Source: a bacterium (GTDB lineage Bacteria > Patescibacteriota > Saccharimonadia > UBA4664). From it: DNA of 64,000 nt. A model generated the notes under the pieces. It was given only the letters and a program-made list of their open reading frames with translations, was not told the DNA's origin and did no database searches. The stretch is from the NCBI GenBank assembly GCA_016699105.1, contig CP064960.1, positions 136,727 to 200,726 of the forward strand, written 5' to 3'. Positions 41,376 to 52,333 of this stretch are shown here, in pieces (positions within the stretch are counted from its first letter, which is position 1; each line of letters begins with the position of its first letter). The position numbers and the translations under genes were made by a program.

Positions 41376-41685
41376 TTACGAGGCTAAGTCGTAATCGCGC
41401 TGGCCACCACCGAAACGGCGGTCAGAACCTTCGGCCTTGGGACGAGCTTCCGAAATGGTCAGCTTGCGGCCGTCCAGGTCAGCTTGATCAGTCTGAGCAA
41501 TAGCAGCGTCAGCAGCAGCATCATCGGCCATCTGGACAAAGCCAAAGCCCTTTGAGCGCTGAGTTGCGCGGTCCATGATGACATCCGCGCTCACAACTTC
41601 ACCAAATTTGGCGAAGAATGCTTGTAGATCTTCACTAGTTGTAGTATACGGCAGGTTGCCGACGAACAGTTTTTTGGCCACGAAT
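41376..41685 (-). CDS. RRM-domain RNA-binding protein
   Basis: RNP2 'LFVGNLPY' and RNP1 'KGFGFVQM'. C-terminal Gly/Arg tail. The start is probably the GTG preceding 'AKKLFVGNL'. Confidence 0.75.
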
Positions 41686-41749
41686 TGGGCTCCACTTATC
41701 TTGTTCCGCCTTCGGAGCGGTTTAATCTTTACCGCCGCATAATAACCTA

Positions 41750-42361
41750 TTAAGAGGCTTCTGTAAATGCCTCCGCCCGATACCAGGGCGTAAATGTTAG
41801 TTGAATGCAAGCCAAAACTAGATAGAGTTGGGCGGCCATCCCAAATACCGCGAGCAGTGCCCACACCACACTCATGTATGATTGCTCGGTGCTAAACCGG
41901 CCGAAAAGGTTGAACCAATACATTATTCCCACCTGCAAGAGTGCCAGGTTGGCCAATAACGCTCCCGCGGCGACGGCTTTGATGCCTAAGTTTCGGACTG
42001 AATTTGAGCCTGGGCCGCGGTTGGTGTAAGCGGTTTTGAGCGTGACCTCGTTGCGGGCTTCAATGAGAGCATTGTAGCCGGCCCAGCAAATCAGGTAGGC
42101 CACCAGGCCGACAGCCGCCCAAAATGCCATTACGGCTATCTGGGATATGATGGGCGATTGCAGCCAGCCATCGAAAAAGGCATGAAACTGGTTATTGACG
42201 GCGTTGACAGCGTCGGAGTTGATTTCCATCATCTCGAGAATACCCTTGGAATGGGCCAGTACCAACATGACGCTACTGGTGACAAAGGCAATGGCGTACT
42301 GCGCCGGCGTCGGTATTATGATCGCTAAGAATCTTTGTTGAAATGGTAATGGTGCACTCAT
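41750..42361 (-). CDS. Hypothetical polytopic membrane protein
   Basis: Multiple hydrophobic helices. Confidence 0.45.
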   Translation of the reverse strand: MSAPLPFQQRFLAIIIPTPAQYAIAFVTSSVMLVLAHSKGILEMMEINSDAVNAVNNQFHAFFDGWLQSPIISQIAVMAFWAAVGLVAYLICWAGYNALIEARNEVTLKTAYTNRGPGSNSVRNLGIKAVAAGALLANLALLQVGIMYWFNLFGRFSTEQSYMSVVWALLAVFGMAAQLYLVLACIQLTFTPWYRAEAFTEAS

Positions 42362-42900
42362 CGGTGTAGTCTCCTAGGCCGCATTTTAACGAATCCGATG
42401 GCTAAAGCACAAGCGGCACCCAAGAGTAGGGCACCCGTGAGATCGGTAGTCCACCATGGACCGCGGACATTGGTACGATAGGACGTCATAACTGGCGCTG
42501 GTTGGGGCACAGGTGTTGGCTGCAAGTGTTTATCGAGGTAATCCTGGTTGCATTTGGCTTGGGCAACCGATGAGGTGTGACTAGTGCAGGCAGCTTGGGC
42601 AGCAGCGTAGGCCTGTGCTTGGGTGGCTTTGGCGGCCGAGGTCGCGGCCGTGGCGGTTGCTACATCACGATCAAACGATCCGGCAAGTTCATAATTGGCC
42701 TGTAGAAACGAGTGAGTTTGGATGAACGTATCAAGACTAGCCCGGCTTGCAGTTGTGTCAGTACCGGTAGTATCAGCTACTTCGATACCTTGAATCAGAC
42801 GGTTGACCTCAAGTCGGGATTGGTTCCAGCTGATGAGCGCGGCCATAGCTAGCAAAGCGGCCAACGCCAGAAATGGATATTTAGAAATAACCTTCATCAT
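42358..42900 (-). CDS. Hypothetical secreted/anchored protein
   Basis: N-terminal signal/TM 'FLALAALLAMAALI' and a C-terminal TM. Confidence 0.45.
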   Translation of the reverse strand: MMKVISKYPFLALAALLAMAALISWNQSRLEVNRLIQGIEVADTTGTDTTASRASLDTFIQTHSFLQANYELAGSFDRDVATATAATSAAKATQAQAYAAAQAACTSHTSSVAQAKCNQDYLDKHLQPTPVPQPAPVMTSYRTNVRGPWWTTDLTGALLLGAACALAIGFVKMRPRRLHR

Positions 42901-42963
42901 CTGCCAGCGTACTGGTAATTAGGCATTCCTGTAAAGCTGCTGGGCTGTTAGAATGAGGCAACT

Positions 42964-43215
42964 ATGGAATTTATCCCCCGGTCATCATCCTGGCGCGAGA
43001 AAATATTGGTCACTATTTTGGGTGGCCTCTTAATCATCGCGGGCGTCATTATGCTGGCTCTACCTGGACCAGGTTGGCTGACTATCATTGCCGGTATCGC
43101 TATATGGGGTCGGGAGTACCGCTGGGCATGGCGGCTGGAGCGCTGGTTTAAAGCGAAGATCCCACGGCGGCGGCCACGGTCGGAGCCACCCGCGGATCAA
43201 GCGCCGAAGGAATAA
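42964..43215 (+). CDS. PGPGW-motif small membrane protein
   Basis: 'LALPGPGWLTIIAGIAIWGREYRWAWRLERW'. Confidence 0.55.
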   Translation: MEFIPRSSSWREKILVTILGGLLIIAGVIMLALPGPGWLTIIAGIAIWGREYRWAWRLERWFKAKIPRRRPRSEPPADQAPKE

Positions 43216-44299
43216 TCTGGTCCGCCGTTGGCTGCGGGATTAGATCGGCCAGTGCTGCGGCACAAGCGAGCTTGATAGCGGTAGTCACGGCCGGTGCGTT
43301 GTGAGCTAGTAAGCCTTTGAAAAGTCCGGGAAATACTAAGACGTTATTTATTTGATTAGCATAATCCGACCGACCAGTAGCCACGACCGCCGCGCCGGCA
43401 GCGATGGCGGCGTCCGGCATAATCTCAGGCGTTGGGTTAGCGAGCGCAAACACAATTGGCTGTGATGCCATGGTTTTGATATGGGCAGCCGTGAAGGCTC
43501 CAGGTACAGTCACGCCAATCACAATATCGGCGCCGGCTAAGGCCACCCCCACATCGCCAGTGAGCTGGCGCGGATTGCCAAGCTGAGCCCAGCGCTGTTT
43601 GTAGGCGTCAAGGTTGGTACGGGTTGGCTCGACGATGCCCTTGGAATCGGTCAGCACGACGTCGGTCACGCCGTAGTCGACGAGCAGCCGGAATAACCCA
43701 CTACCAGCGGCACCGGCGCCAACAACCACTACCCGGCAAGCCCTGAGGTCTTTGGCTACTACTTTGGCGGCGTTGATGAGCCCAGCTAAGGCCACAATAG
43801 CCGTTGCATGCTGGTCGTCGTGCATGACCGGAATGTCTAAAGCTTCTTGTAGCCGTTCTTCGACTTCATAGCAACGAGGTGCTGAGATGTCTTCGAGGTT
43901 GATAGCACCAAAGGTGGGGGCAATGGCGGTCACGGCGGCGACGATTTCATCGACATTTTGGGTCGACAATACTATCGGCCAAGCGTCCAAACCACCTAAA
44001 TCTTTGAAGAGAATGGCTTTGCCTTCCATGACTGGAAGCGCACCTAACGGCCCGATATTACCCAAGCCCAGTACGGCTGAGCCGTCAGAGACCACGGCCA
44101 CGCTGCGGCCTTTGAGCGTGAGAGTAGTCGCCATATCTGGATGATCGGCAATTTCCCGACATACTTCACCAACTCCCGGCGTATAGAGGGCAGCCAGGGT
44201 TTCGGGCGTCAGTTTGGTCTTGGAGACAACAGCTAGTTTGCCCTGGAGACGGCGGTGAAGTTCGATTGGATCAAGCGCTGGGGAGGTAGGTGTTGTCAT
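43148..44299 (-). CDS. NAD(P)-dependent malic enzyme
   Basis: 'LYTPGVGEVCREIA', 'VVSDGSAVLGLGNIGP' and the Rossmann 'VVVVGAGAAGSG'. Confidence 0.85.
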   Translation of the reverse strand: MTTPTSPALDPIELHRRLQGKLAVVSKTKLTPETLAALYTPGVGEVCREIADHPDMATTLTLKGRSVAVVSDGSAVLGLGNIGPLGALPVMEGKAILFKDLGGLDAWPIVLSTQNVDEIVAAVTAIAPTFGAINLEDISAPRCYEVEERLQEALDIPVMHDDQHATAIVALAGLINAAKVVAKDLRACRVVVVGAGAAGSGLFRLLVDYGVTDVVLTDSKGIVEPTRTNLDAYKQRWAQLGNPRQLTGDVGVALAGADIVIGVTVPGAFTAAHIKTMASQPIVFALANPTPEIMPDAAIAAGAAVVATGRSDYANQINNVLVFPGLFKGLLAHNAPAVTTAIKLACAAALADLIPQPTADQIIPSALDPRVAPTVAAAVGSSL

Positions 44300-44442
44300 G
44301 TCGTCTATTGTAGCGCATCTATAATACAACTCGAGACATAATTATTGACTTATTGGGCTTTAAATTATAAAATAGGCTTAGTTATCACCGTGAGATAACG
44401 GGTTTAAAAGAACCTTCACATACCTCCGAAGGGAGTTTAATC

Positions 44443-46845
44443 ATGCGTCTTTGGCGAATGATTGCAGCTGTCGGTGTGGCGGCGTTCAGCTTTGTAACTG
44501 CACCGCTACCCGCAGTCGTCACTGAAACTCAGTGCAGCACCACGATCGTCGACGGTGCCAATCTGTTTAAGGGTGACATTGCCGGCATCGAAGCGGCTGC
44601 ACAGCAATTGCGCACACTCGTGCCGAATACTGTCATCATAGTGCGTACCTACCCGATGATCAAGAACACCCTGCGCGATACGCTTCAATCATCACTATCA
44701 GACTGTTCGCAGTGGCGGGATAGTGCTGGTCGACAAGTGGCAAACTCGATGTTTTTCATGATTTCGCTCAACTCACAGACGACTGGTAAACGCGATCTAG
44801 CAATCTATGTCGGTGATACCTTTGGTCCTGGTCTGGTTGGCAGTGGCAGTGACACGCGTATTCGCGAAAATATCATGGCCCCACGTTTCCGCCAAGGCCA
44901 ATTTACATTGGGTGTAGCCGAGGCGATGCGTGAGTCATTCCGGGTATTGAGTCCGGTGACCTCACCAACCGCGACCCGGTCGGAGCCAACGCCAGAGATC
45001 GAGATTCCAGTGTACCCGCCGATCACGATCACGCCGGATCCACCTCGTGAACCTTACGACTGGTCGTGGCTTGGGACTGTCGGCAAGTGGCTACTCATCA
45101 TTCTAGTGGCCGTCATCGTGATTGTGGCAATTTCGATTTTCGCACCCATGATCTGGGGAGGCATTACTGATTGGCTAGCCGCGAACAAACGTGAACGCGC
45201 GCTTTTGGATAATGCCAATAAGCTGGTCGTAAATATCGAAAGGTTACTGCCGCGAGCTGAACACCTGCAATCAAGTGAACATCCTGGCGCTGCCGGATGG
45301 ACGAACCGACTGCAGGTCGTGCAAGCCGAATTGCAGGTCGCCGGAGTTGAAGTAACTAAGCTGTCCGCCAAAATGGATACCTGGATGGCTGAAACGGCGG
45401 AGATTGCGCAGGAACTGGATGGCTTTGACGCCAAGGTGCAGCAGGTCAACCAAATGGTAACCACCACTCGTGGCCGTTTCAGTGTGGCAGCAACCTTGCT
45501 CCAGAACATGATCACGAGCGGTTGGATGCCGAATGACTTGTCTGACCAGCTCGACACTATTCAAGAGCGGTTGGCGGCCGTAAATTCGAACCACGAAGCT
45601 GGGCGCAATATCGAGGCCGTAATCCTGCTTGAGCAAGCTGACGTTAAAATCAGTGAGCTTCTGCCCGCCCTCGAAGCACTCAAGCTCCGGCTTGATACAG
45701 CCAATTCCAAGCTCGAAGACCTGACAAAATTGGGAACTCGAGCGTTGGCAGATATCACAGCTGCGACCGAAACCATCACGCGTTTGAGCAAGACCTACGC
45801 CCCGGCGTCTTGGGAAAAGCTCAAGGGTAATGGTGCCAAAGCCACGGCACTGCATGAGGACGCGTTGCTCCAAATCAAGACGGCTAGAGAATGCCTCGGA
45901 CAACGTCACGATCTCGACGCTGCCGAAGCTGCCATTGCCCAATCCGATAAGCAGTTGCGTGAAGTAATTTCGCAGATGCGTTCAGTGAAAACGCTGGCCA
46001 CTTCGCTCGATGATGTGGCTATGTCTTTGCCGGGCATGGTGCAAGCTGCTTTAGCAACGTGGCAGAAAGCCGTGGATGGTGAGCTCACCTGGGATAAAGA
46101 TGTCGATGATTCGTTCAAATCGGCTCTACCAGAGATTCGCAAATCCCTGCAGCAAGCCGAAGAGGTGTGCCAGATTAGCCCCCTTAACCCAATCGCAGCC
46201 CGGGATGCCATCCTGGCAGCAGAGCGGTTGGCCGATGAGGCTTACAAGGACATCAAGGGCGAGTTTGATGCCGCCGAACATGAACGGCGTCGGGCCCAAG
46301 ATGAAGCCAAGGCGGCTGAAGCTGAAGTGGCGGATGCCCGGGAATATCTGCAGGACCATGCTAGTCACGTGACCTCAGATGACCAGTCGGAGCTCAATGC
46401 TGCCCACAAGGCCATCAAGGAGCTCCGTCAAATGGCGTCAAATGGCGCTTCACCGGCCGACATCATCGCGGCGGCACAGCACGTCCAGTCAATCGCCCAA
46501 CGGGCATACTCGCCGGTTCGAGCCAAGGTGCTCCGAATTCAGCGCGAACGCGAAGAGCGTGAGGCCGCCGAACGGCAGAGGCGCGAGCGGGAAGCTGAGC
46601 TCGAACGTCAGCGCATTGCTGCTCTCCAAGCGGCAGCTCAAGCTGAGGCCGACCGTCAAGAGGCTGAGCGTCGACGCACCGAGCAAGCAAGGCGCGATCG
46701 CGAAGAACGAGAGCGTCAGCAATCCTACAGCACGCCTAGTTACCCGAATGTGTCCATTCCCGGTAACGGCGATGGCACCTGGGGTGGAGCATCCACCTGG
46801 ACGGGCAATGGCGACGGCACCAATGGCAGTAGCAGTACTTGGTGA
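44443..46845 (+). CDS. Large membrane protein: signal peptide + TPM (DUF477-like) domain + TM + ~500-aa coiled coil + E/R-rich and Gly-rich tail
   Basis: TPM-like 'IVDGANLFKGDIAGIEAAAQQLRTLVPNTVIIVRTYPM...DLAIYVGDTFGPGL'. TM at 'WLLIILVAVIVIVAISIFAPMIWGGI'. Tail 'ERREREAELERQRIAALQAAAQAEADRQEAERRRTEQARRDREERERQ...GNGDGTWGGASTWTGNGDGTNGSSSTW'. Confidence 0.6.
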   Translation: MRLWRMIAAVGVAAFSFVTAPLPAVVTETQCSTTIVDGANLFKGDIAGIEAAAQQLRTLVPNTVIIVRTYPMIKNTLRDTLQSSLSDCSQWRDSAGRQVANSMFFMISLNSQTTGKRDLAIYVGDTFGPGLVGSGSDTRIRENIMAPRFRQGQFTLGVAEAMRESFRVLSPVTSPTATRSEPTPEIEIPVYPPITITPDPPREPYDWSWLGTVGKWLLIILVAVIVIVAISIFAPMIWGGITDWLAANKRERALLDNANKLVVNIERLLPRAEHLQSSEHPGAAGWTNRLQVVQAELQVAGVEVTKLSAKMDTWMAETAEIAQELDGFDAKVQQVNQMVTTTRGRFSVAATLLQNMITSGWMPNDLSDQLDTIQERLAAVNSNHEAGRNIEAVILLEQADVKISELLPALEALKLRLDTANSKLEDLTKLGTRALADITAATETITRLSKTYAPASWEKLKGNGAKATALHEDALLQIKTARECLGQRHDLDAAEAAIAQSDKQLREVISQMRSVKTLATSLDDVAMSLPGMVQAALATWQKAVDGELTWDKDVDDSFKSALPEIRKSLQQAEEVCQISPLNPIAARDAILAAERLADEAYKDIKGEFDAAEHERRRAQDEAKAAEAEVADAREYLQDHASHVTSDDQSELNAAHKAIKELRQMASNGASPADIIAAAQHVQSIAQRAYSPVRAKVLRIQREREEREAAERQRREREAELERQRIAALQAAAQAEADRQEAERRRTEQARRDREERERQQSYSTPSYPNVSIPGNGDGTWGGASTWTGNGDGTNGSSSTW

Positions 46846-46922
46846 TTGTTCGCTACACACTACATCGGGGCAGAGACTATTCAACTCAGATGGGTTGAAC
46901 CTCTGCTCCGATGGGGTACTTT

Positions 46923-47965
46923 TTATTTAAGCGGTTTTTTTTTCGTCTGGGCGGGCAGTTTGACGATAAAAGTGCTGCCAGAACCGGGCTTGGATTGAAT
47001 CTGGATGGTGCCGTGGTGCAAATCGACAATGCGTTTGGCGATAGATAGACCGAGGCCGTGGCCGCCGGGCTGGTCGCCGGATGTCCGGCTACGCGAAGTA
47101 TCGGCCCGATAGAACCGGTCGAAAATGTGGGGACGATCAACTTCGGTAATCCCCGGCCTTCATCAGAGACAGCGAGCCGTACCTGATGCCCAGATAACGT
47201 ACTCGTTACTTTGACCATCCCACCGTCTGGAGAATACTTGATGGCGTTGTCGAGCAATATGGCGACTAATTCGACGAGACTGTCTTTGTCACCGGTGATT
47301 TGATGGTGGCCGGGTACTAATTCGAGTTCAATACCGGCCGCGGCGACGGCTGGTGCAAAACGCTCGGCAGCATCATTGATGATGTCGGTAGCTGGAGTGG
47401 CTTTAATGACACTGGGATCGAGACCGTTTTCGGACCGGGCTGGCCGGAGCAGACCCGCTGACAAGGCTTCGAGTTTGGCGATCTCCTCAAGGTTTGAGGC
47501 CAGTAAATTTCGGGCTTCGGGGGCCGACAATTGTTTGTCACGCAGTGCAACTTCGATTTCAGAGCGCATAGCCGTTAGGGGTGTCCGCAATTCGTGACTG
47601 GCATCGGAGGTAAACCGACCTTGTAGCTCCATGGCTTCTTGGATCGGTTGGAGAGTGCGCCGAGCTAAATAATAAGAAACACTGGCGCCTAGAAGCAGCA
47701 TGCCACTATTGAGGAGGAGGAGCCAGTTGATGAGCCGGTCCTGAGCGGCGTCGAGCTCGGTATCTAGGTAATTGTTGACGGCTTGGCGGCGCTCATCGAA
47801 AACATCGGGTAAATTTAGGCGATTGAGGACGCCGCGTTGCTGATGGACATTTTCGGTGATCTGCCGCATTGAAACCTGATAGAGGGCTACACTAAACAAT
47901 CCGGAGACTATCATGATGAGAGCCAGGTACCAGAGCGTTAATTTAGCGGCAGCAGAGCGGAACAT
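46923..47965 (-). CDS. Sensor histidine kinase (apparent frameshift in a C-run at ~47165)
   Basis: H-box 'SHELRTPLTAMRSEIE'. The corrected C-terminus 'DEG[P]GITEVDRPHIFDRFYRADTSRSRTSGDQPGGHGLGLSIAKRIVDLHHGTIQIQSKPGSGSTFIVKLP' carries the N, G1 and G2 boxes. Confidence 0.8.
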
Positions 47966-47968
47966 AAT

Positions 47969-48673
47969 TTAATTATCGTCGACGCCGAGCTTATAACCAA
48001 ACCCGCGGGCGGTATGGATCAATTCAGGTCCACTAAACGGCCGGTCGACTTTGGCGCGTAAGTAGCCAATATAAACCTCGAGGGTGTTTGGCAGAATGTC
48101 AGCGTCATAGTCCCAGACGTGACCAATGATATTGGATTTCGATAAAATGCGGTTTTGGTTGCGCAGCAAATATTCGAGGAGCGCATATTCCCGCTGGCTG
48201 AGCGTCAGTTTGCGACCAGCTCGTTTGACCTCGTACGTGGCCGTGTCCATGGTGAGATCGTTACAGGTGAGTACATTTGAGCCCACGTCTTGGGGACGTC
48301 GTAGTAGGGCCCGGATGCGAGCGAGGAGCTCTTCGAAGGCAAACGGTTTGACTAGATAATCGTCGGCACCCGCATTAAGACCACTGACCCGATCGGCGAC
48401 CTTGTCTTTGGCGGTGAGCAAAATCACGGGTGTACGAATGTTTTCAGCGCGGACTTCTTTGATAATATCGACACCATCGAGCAAGCCAGGCAGCATCCGA
48501 TCTAGAACGATCATGTCGTATTCACCAGTAAGCGCGGAGCTCAAACCTTCATCACCATCGTAAACAACGTCCACCGCGTAGGCTTCTTGCTCCAAGCCCC
48601 GCTTGATGGCACCGGCAATCTTATGTTCATCTTCGACAACGAGAATTCTCATATTACACCTAAGTATACGCAA
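47969..48673 (-). CDS. OmpR-family response regulator
   Basis: Receiver 'ILVVEDEHKI..MIVLDRMLPG' and winged helix 'LSQREYALLEYLLRN'. Confidence 0.9.
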   Translation of the reverse strand: MRILRCNMRILVVEDEHKIAGAIKRGLEQEAYAVDVVYDGDEGLSSALTGEYDMIVLDRMLPGLLDGVDIIKEVRAENIRTPVILLTAKDKVADRVSGLNAGADDYLVKPFAFEELLARIRALLRRPQDVGSNVLTCNDLTMDTATYEVKRAGRKLTLSQREYALLEYLLRNQNRILSKSNIIGHVWDYDADILPNTLEVYIGYLRAKVDRPFSGPELIHTARGFGYKLGVDDN

Positions 48674-48705
48674 TAATTGCCTGAGAAGTATCTGAATTTG
48701 GCTCG

Positions 48706-49995
48706 CTAGACCAAGTAACTATAGAGGAGATCGCCCTGATCTAGCCGGCGATAACTGACGCCGAGGCGGTCGAGGCGGTCGAGCAGCTTAGCATAATCGG
48801 TTTGGATGGCTACTTCGATGCCGACCAGGGCGGCTCCGCGGTCTTTGTTGGTTTTCTTGATGTATTCGAACCGCGTTATGTCGTCGGATTCGCCCAAAGC
48901 TTGGTCGACAAATTGCCGCAGTTGTCCGGGTTTTTGTTCGAATTCCACCAACAAATAATGTTTGAGGCCTTCATAGGCCAGCGACTTTTCGAGGATTTCC
49001 GGATAGCGCAGCACATCATTATTGCCACCGGATATCACCACTACCACCGTTTGACCTCCAATCTGGCCGGCGAGCTGATCAAGGGCCGATGTAGCCAAAG
49101 CACCAGCTGGTTCGGCGATGATGCCGTCGTTTTGATATAGCTCGATCATGGTGGTGCAGGTTTTGCCTTCCGGCACGGTGTAAACCTGATCAACCAGCGA
49201 TTGGGCGTATTCGAATGTGAGCCGGCCAACTGTATTGACGGCGGCGCCATCGACAAACTTGTCGATATGCGTCAGCGTAACGCGAGTTCCCTGGTCGAGC
49301 GACCGTTGCATAGCCGGAGCGCCAGCGGGCTCTACGCCAATAAGCCGCAATTGGGGATGGAGTGGCCGCAGATATGTTCCGATGCCGCTGATAAGTCCGC
49401 CCCCACCGATAGGTGCAACCACCAAATCTGGCACCCGATCGAGCTTGGCCAACTGCTCATGGATCTCGAGTCCCACTGTTCCCTGGCCAGCGATGACGCG
49501 CGGATCGTCAAACGGATGTACAAAGACCGCGCCGGAGACTGCCACTTGTTTGAGTGCGGCCGCTAACGATTCATCAAATGTTTTGCCAACGAGTCTGAGC
49601 TCGACCCAATCGCCGCCGAAATGCCGAATGCGGGAGACTTTTTGGGGAGGCGTTCCCGAAGGTATAAAAATAACCGTTTTAATCTGGAGTTTGGCGGCCG
49701 CCAGAGCCACACCTTGGGCATGGTTACCGGCGCTGGCGGTCACCGCTCCACGGGCGCGTTCGTCGTCGGTTAATCCGGCCATCAGATTGAGCGCACCCCG
49801 GATTTTGTATGATCGCACCGTTTGCTGGTCTTCGCGCTTAAGATAGATGTGAGCGCCATAGCGCCCACTCAACCGTTCACTGTATTCGAGCGGCGTTCGC
49901 TTGACCACGGTTCCAGCTAGGCGCCGGGCAGCAGCGGTAATGTCAGCTGGCATGACGGCTACTTGTTTGGTTGGTTTGGTGACGGTAGTGGGCAT
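48706..49995 (-). CDS. ilvA: Threonine dehydratase (biosynthetic, with C-terminal regulatory domain)
   Basis: PLP site 'SAGNHAQGVALAA' and glycine loop 'GGGGLISG'. Confidence 0.9.
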   Translation of the reverse strand: MPTTVTKPTKQVAVMPADITAAARRLAGTVVKRTPLEYSERLSGRYGAHIYLKREDQQTVRSYKIRGALNLMAGLTDDERARGAVTASAGNHAQGVALAAAKLQIKTVIFIPSGTPPQKVSRIRHFGGDWVELRLVGKTFDESLAAALKQVAVSGAVFVHPFDDPRVIAGQGTVGLEIHEQLAKLDRVPDLVVAPIGGGGLISGIGTYLRPLHPQLRLIGVEPAGAPAMQRSLDQGTRVTLTHIDKFVDGAAVNTVGRLTFEYAQSLVDQVYTVPEGKTCTTMIELYQNDGIIAEPAGALATSALDQLAGQIGGQTVVVVISGGNNDVLRYPEILEKSLAYEGLKHYLLVEFEQKPGQLRQFVDQALGESDDITRFEYIKKTNKDRGAALVGIEVAIQTDYAKLLDRLDRLGVSYRRLDQGDLLYSYLV

Positions 49996-50195
49996 TGGAT
50001 CCTCCTGATACGAAAAACCTCCCGGTGGGGGAGGCTAGTTTCCGTGATTAGCTTGTGGTGTTTACCAGACTACGCTAAACCGGCCTCCCGAGGGGGTGGC
50101 AGATAATGGCACAAATAATGGTGCGCGCGTAGGTCATACGAAAGAGCGTAACAGGCATATGCGCAGAGTTCAACCTTTTCGTATAAGATGTATAA

Positions 50196-51431
50196 ATGTG
50201 TACAATATTGAGTATGAAACGGACGTATTTTACGCGACCCAAAGATGTCTGGCGATTAGCTGTGGTACTGGTAGCGGCTAGTCTCCTGGTGGTGGGTGTG
50301 TGGTGGGCACGACGTGAGGGTCTGGCACTGCCGCTGATTTCGCCGAGCCCGATGGCGTCTCCCCTAGCCTCAAGTCCGACGCCGGTACCCTCGCCAGTGG
50401 CAATTGCGGCGACAGCCTGGGTGCAAGGCTTGGTGGTGCCGTGGGGATTGGTATTTACCAGCGATACTCGAGCCTTGGTGACCGAACGTGCTGGCCGGGT
50501 ACGCATTATTGATGAAGGTAAATTACAGTCGGCTCCCCTGCTGACGTTGAGTGATGTGTCGAGTGTGAGTGAAGAAGGCTTGATGGGCATCGCCAAAGAT
50601 CCGGCTTATGCCACCAATAAGCTCGTATATATGTGCTATGCCTATAAGTCTGGTGGTGCCTACCGCGACAAAGTGGTGCGCTTCGAAGATCGTGGTACCA
50701 GCGCCGGGCCGTTTACAACGATTATCGACGGCATACCGGCGGCAGCCAATCATGCTGGATGTCGGCTCGGCTTCGGCCCAGCTGATGGCAAACTCTACAT
50801 TACGACCGGCGATGCCAGCCAGCGGGCTCAAGCTCAGGTATTGAGTAGTCTCGGAGGTAAGATTTTGCGGGTCAATCCCGACGGCAGTATTCCCGCCGAC
50901 AATCCATATACCGGCTCCCCTGTTTGGACGTTGGGTCACCGCAACCCGCAAGGCATTGCCTGGCAACCAGGAACCGGTAACTTATACGCCAGTGAACACG
51001 GCCCATCAGGCTGGGATGGCAGCCCCGGCGGCGATGAAGTTAACTTGATCACCCGAGGCGCCAATTATGGCTGGCCCGTGGTCAGTCACGACAAAACAGA
51101 TCCCAAATATGCGAGCCCTTTGCGGGTGTATACGCCGGCAATTGCTCCTGGTGGTATCACGTTTTACGATGCCGATTTGATTCCGCAGCTGAAAGGCCAT
51201 TTGCTGGTCACCGGGCTGGCTGGTACTGGCCTATATGACCTCGTGGTTGGTACTAATGGCAGCGTGACGAGCTCGACGAAAATGCCCGAGCTCAATGTAG
51301 GCCGCTTGCGTGACGTGGTCACCGGTCCAGATGGCGCGCTATATATACTGACGTCGAATCGTGATGGGCGCGGTACCGTCAGAGCCGGCGATGATACCAT
51401 CTACCGGTTGGTACCATTGACCGGGCGCTAA
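50196..51431 (+). CDS. PQQ-dependent soluble glucose/sorbosone dehydrogenase-like beta-propeller protein
   Basis: 'GLMGIAKDPAYATNKLVYMCY', 'LYITTGDA', 'RVNPDGSIPADNP..TLGHRNPQGIAW' and 'GGDEVNLITRGANYGWP'. Confidence 0.8.
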   Translation: MCTILSMKRTYFTRPKDVWRLAVVLVAASLLVVGVWWARREGLALPLISPSPMASPLASSPTPVPSPVAIAATAWVQGLVVPWGLVFTSDTRALVTERAGRVRIIDEGKLQSAPLLTLSDVSSVSEEGLMGIAKDPAYATNKLVYMCYAYKSGGAYRDKVVRFEDRGTSAGPFTTIIDGIPAAANHAGCRLGFGPADGKLYITTGDASQRAQAQVLSSLGGKILRVNPDGSIPADNPYTGSPVWTLGHRNPQGIAWQPGTGNLYASEHGPSGWDGSPGGDEVNLITRGANYGWPVVSHDKTDPKYASPLRVYTPAIAPGGITFYDADLIPQLKGHLLVTGLAGTGLYDLVVGTNGSVTSSTKMPELNVGRLRDVVTGPDGALYILTSNRDGRGTVRAGDDTIYRLVPLTGR

Positions 51432-51464
51432 GGCCTGGTTATAATCTGGGGCGTACCACCATAT

Positions 51465-51539
51465 TCCGGAGTAGCTCAGTGGTAGAGCAGTTCGCTGTTA
51501 ACGAATTGGTCGTCGGTTCGAGCCCGACCTCCGGAGCCA
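51465..51539 (+). tRNA. tRNA-Asn (GTT)
   Basis: tccggagtagctcagtggtagagcagttcgctGTTaacgaattggtcgtcggttcgagcccgacctccggagcca. Perfect 7-bp acceptor with encoded CCA. Confidence 0.9.
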
Positions 51540-51689
51540 TTGAAAATGCGTCAGCTTAGTCTGGCGCTTTTTCAATAGTTTTGACGAGGGGAACCGAACC
51601 GGTACGGTTCGGCGGACGAGGAGCGCAGGAAACGGACAAGCTGGCTTGGCTGATTTCCGAGCACCGCAGGGAGGTGGCGCTAGCCACTG

Positions 51690-51706
51690 CCCGACCTCCG
51701 GAGCCA
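51690..51706 (+). repeat. 17-bp direct repeat of the tRNA-Asn 3' end (cccgacctccggagcca); att-site-like scar
   Basis: Identical to 51523–51539. The upstream 'ggcgctagccactgccc' (51671–51689) recurs at ~52088–52107. Confidence 0.7.
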
Positions 51707-51741
51707 GGAATTATTTGCCCGAGCAGACTTGCGGTAGTAGG

Positions 51742-52050
51742 TCTGTTTTTGTTTTGGGATTCGCGCAAATGCTACCGAGTTCATATAGCAAATTAGGACA
51801 CTTTGCGCCTAATGTTAGGCTGACGGACTTATAATGTGAATATGAAGGTCAACAAGCAAAGGCACGAGGCCAACCGCATGCCCAAAAACCCATCGCTCGA
51901 TGGCAAAATGCTCGAGGAAATACAGCGTCGGGGATTGCCGGTTCCACACTACACGCTTGGTGAGTGAGACAAATGTCATGTGGGTAAAAAATAGGCGCAA
52001 AGTGTCCTAATTTAGCTCGAAACGACCCGAGATTTTTCGCCAAAATACCT
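51742..52050. repeat. Repeat-bounded cassette A: L unit (51742–51812, core TTAGGACACTTTGCGCCTAA at 51793) ... R unit (core inverted at ~51993–52012 plus conserved flank to 52050)
   Basis: The L and R cores are inverted copies ~200 bp apart. The R flank 'tttagctcgaaacgacccgagatttttcgccaaaatacc' is ~97% identical to the R flank at 53574–53612. The L flank 'tttttgttttRGtattcgcgcaaat' is shared with 52890–52915. Confidence 0.7.
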
Positions 52051-52333
52051 GCCATGCGTAGGGTGTTTTTCAACTGTTGGCGGGGGATGGCGCTAGCCAC
52101 TGCCCAAGAAGCATTTGCGCCTGATATGATTGAGTTATGTTTTTCAATGCCCACACTTATTACTCGATCAAACGGAATAGTGATGTTGCCGAACCGATGC
52201 GTATTGTAGGTGCGCTTCTAGCGGATAGTGCACTTACGGGAGTGATTAGCTGGACCGACCTGCATGATAAAACTGCTATCAAGGACTTCTCTGAGAGCTT
52301 GGGAAAGATGAAGCGCTGTTAGGCAACGGCCTA

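Noticed and set aside
51849-52154. ORF 51849..52154 (-) and the C-terminal tail of 53508..53891 sharing peptide 'ILAKNLGSFRAKLGHFAP'
   Set aside because: The shared peptide is simply the translation of the R repeat unit in one frame. It is not evidence of a protein family.
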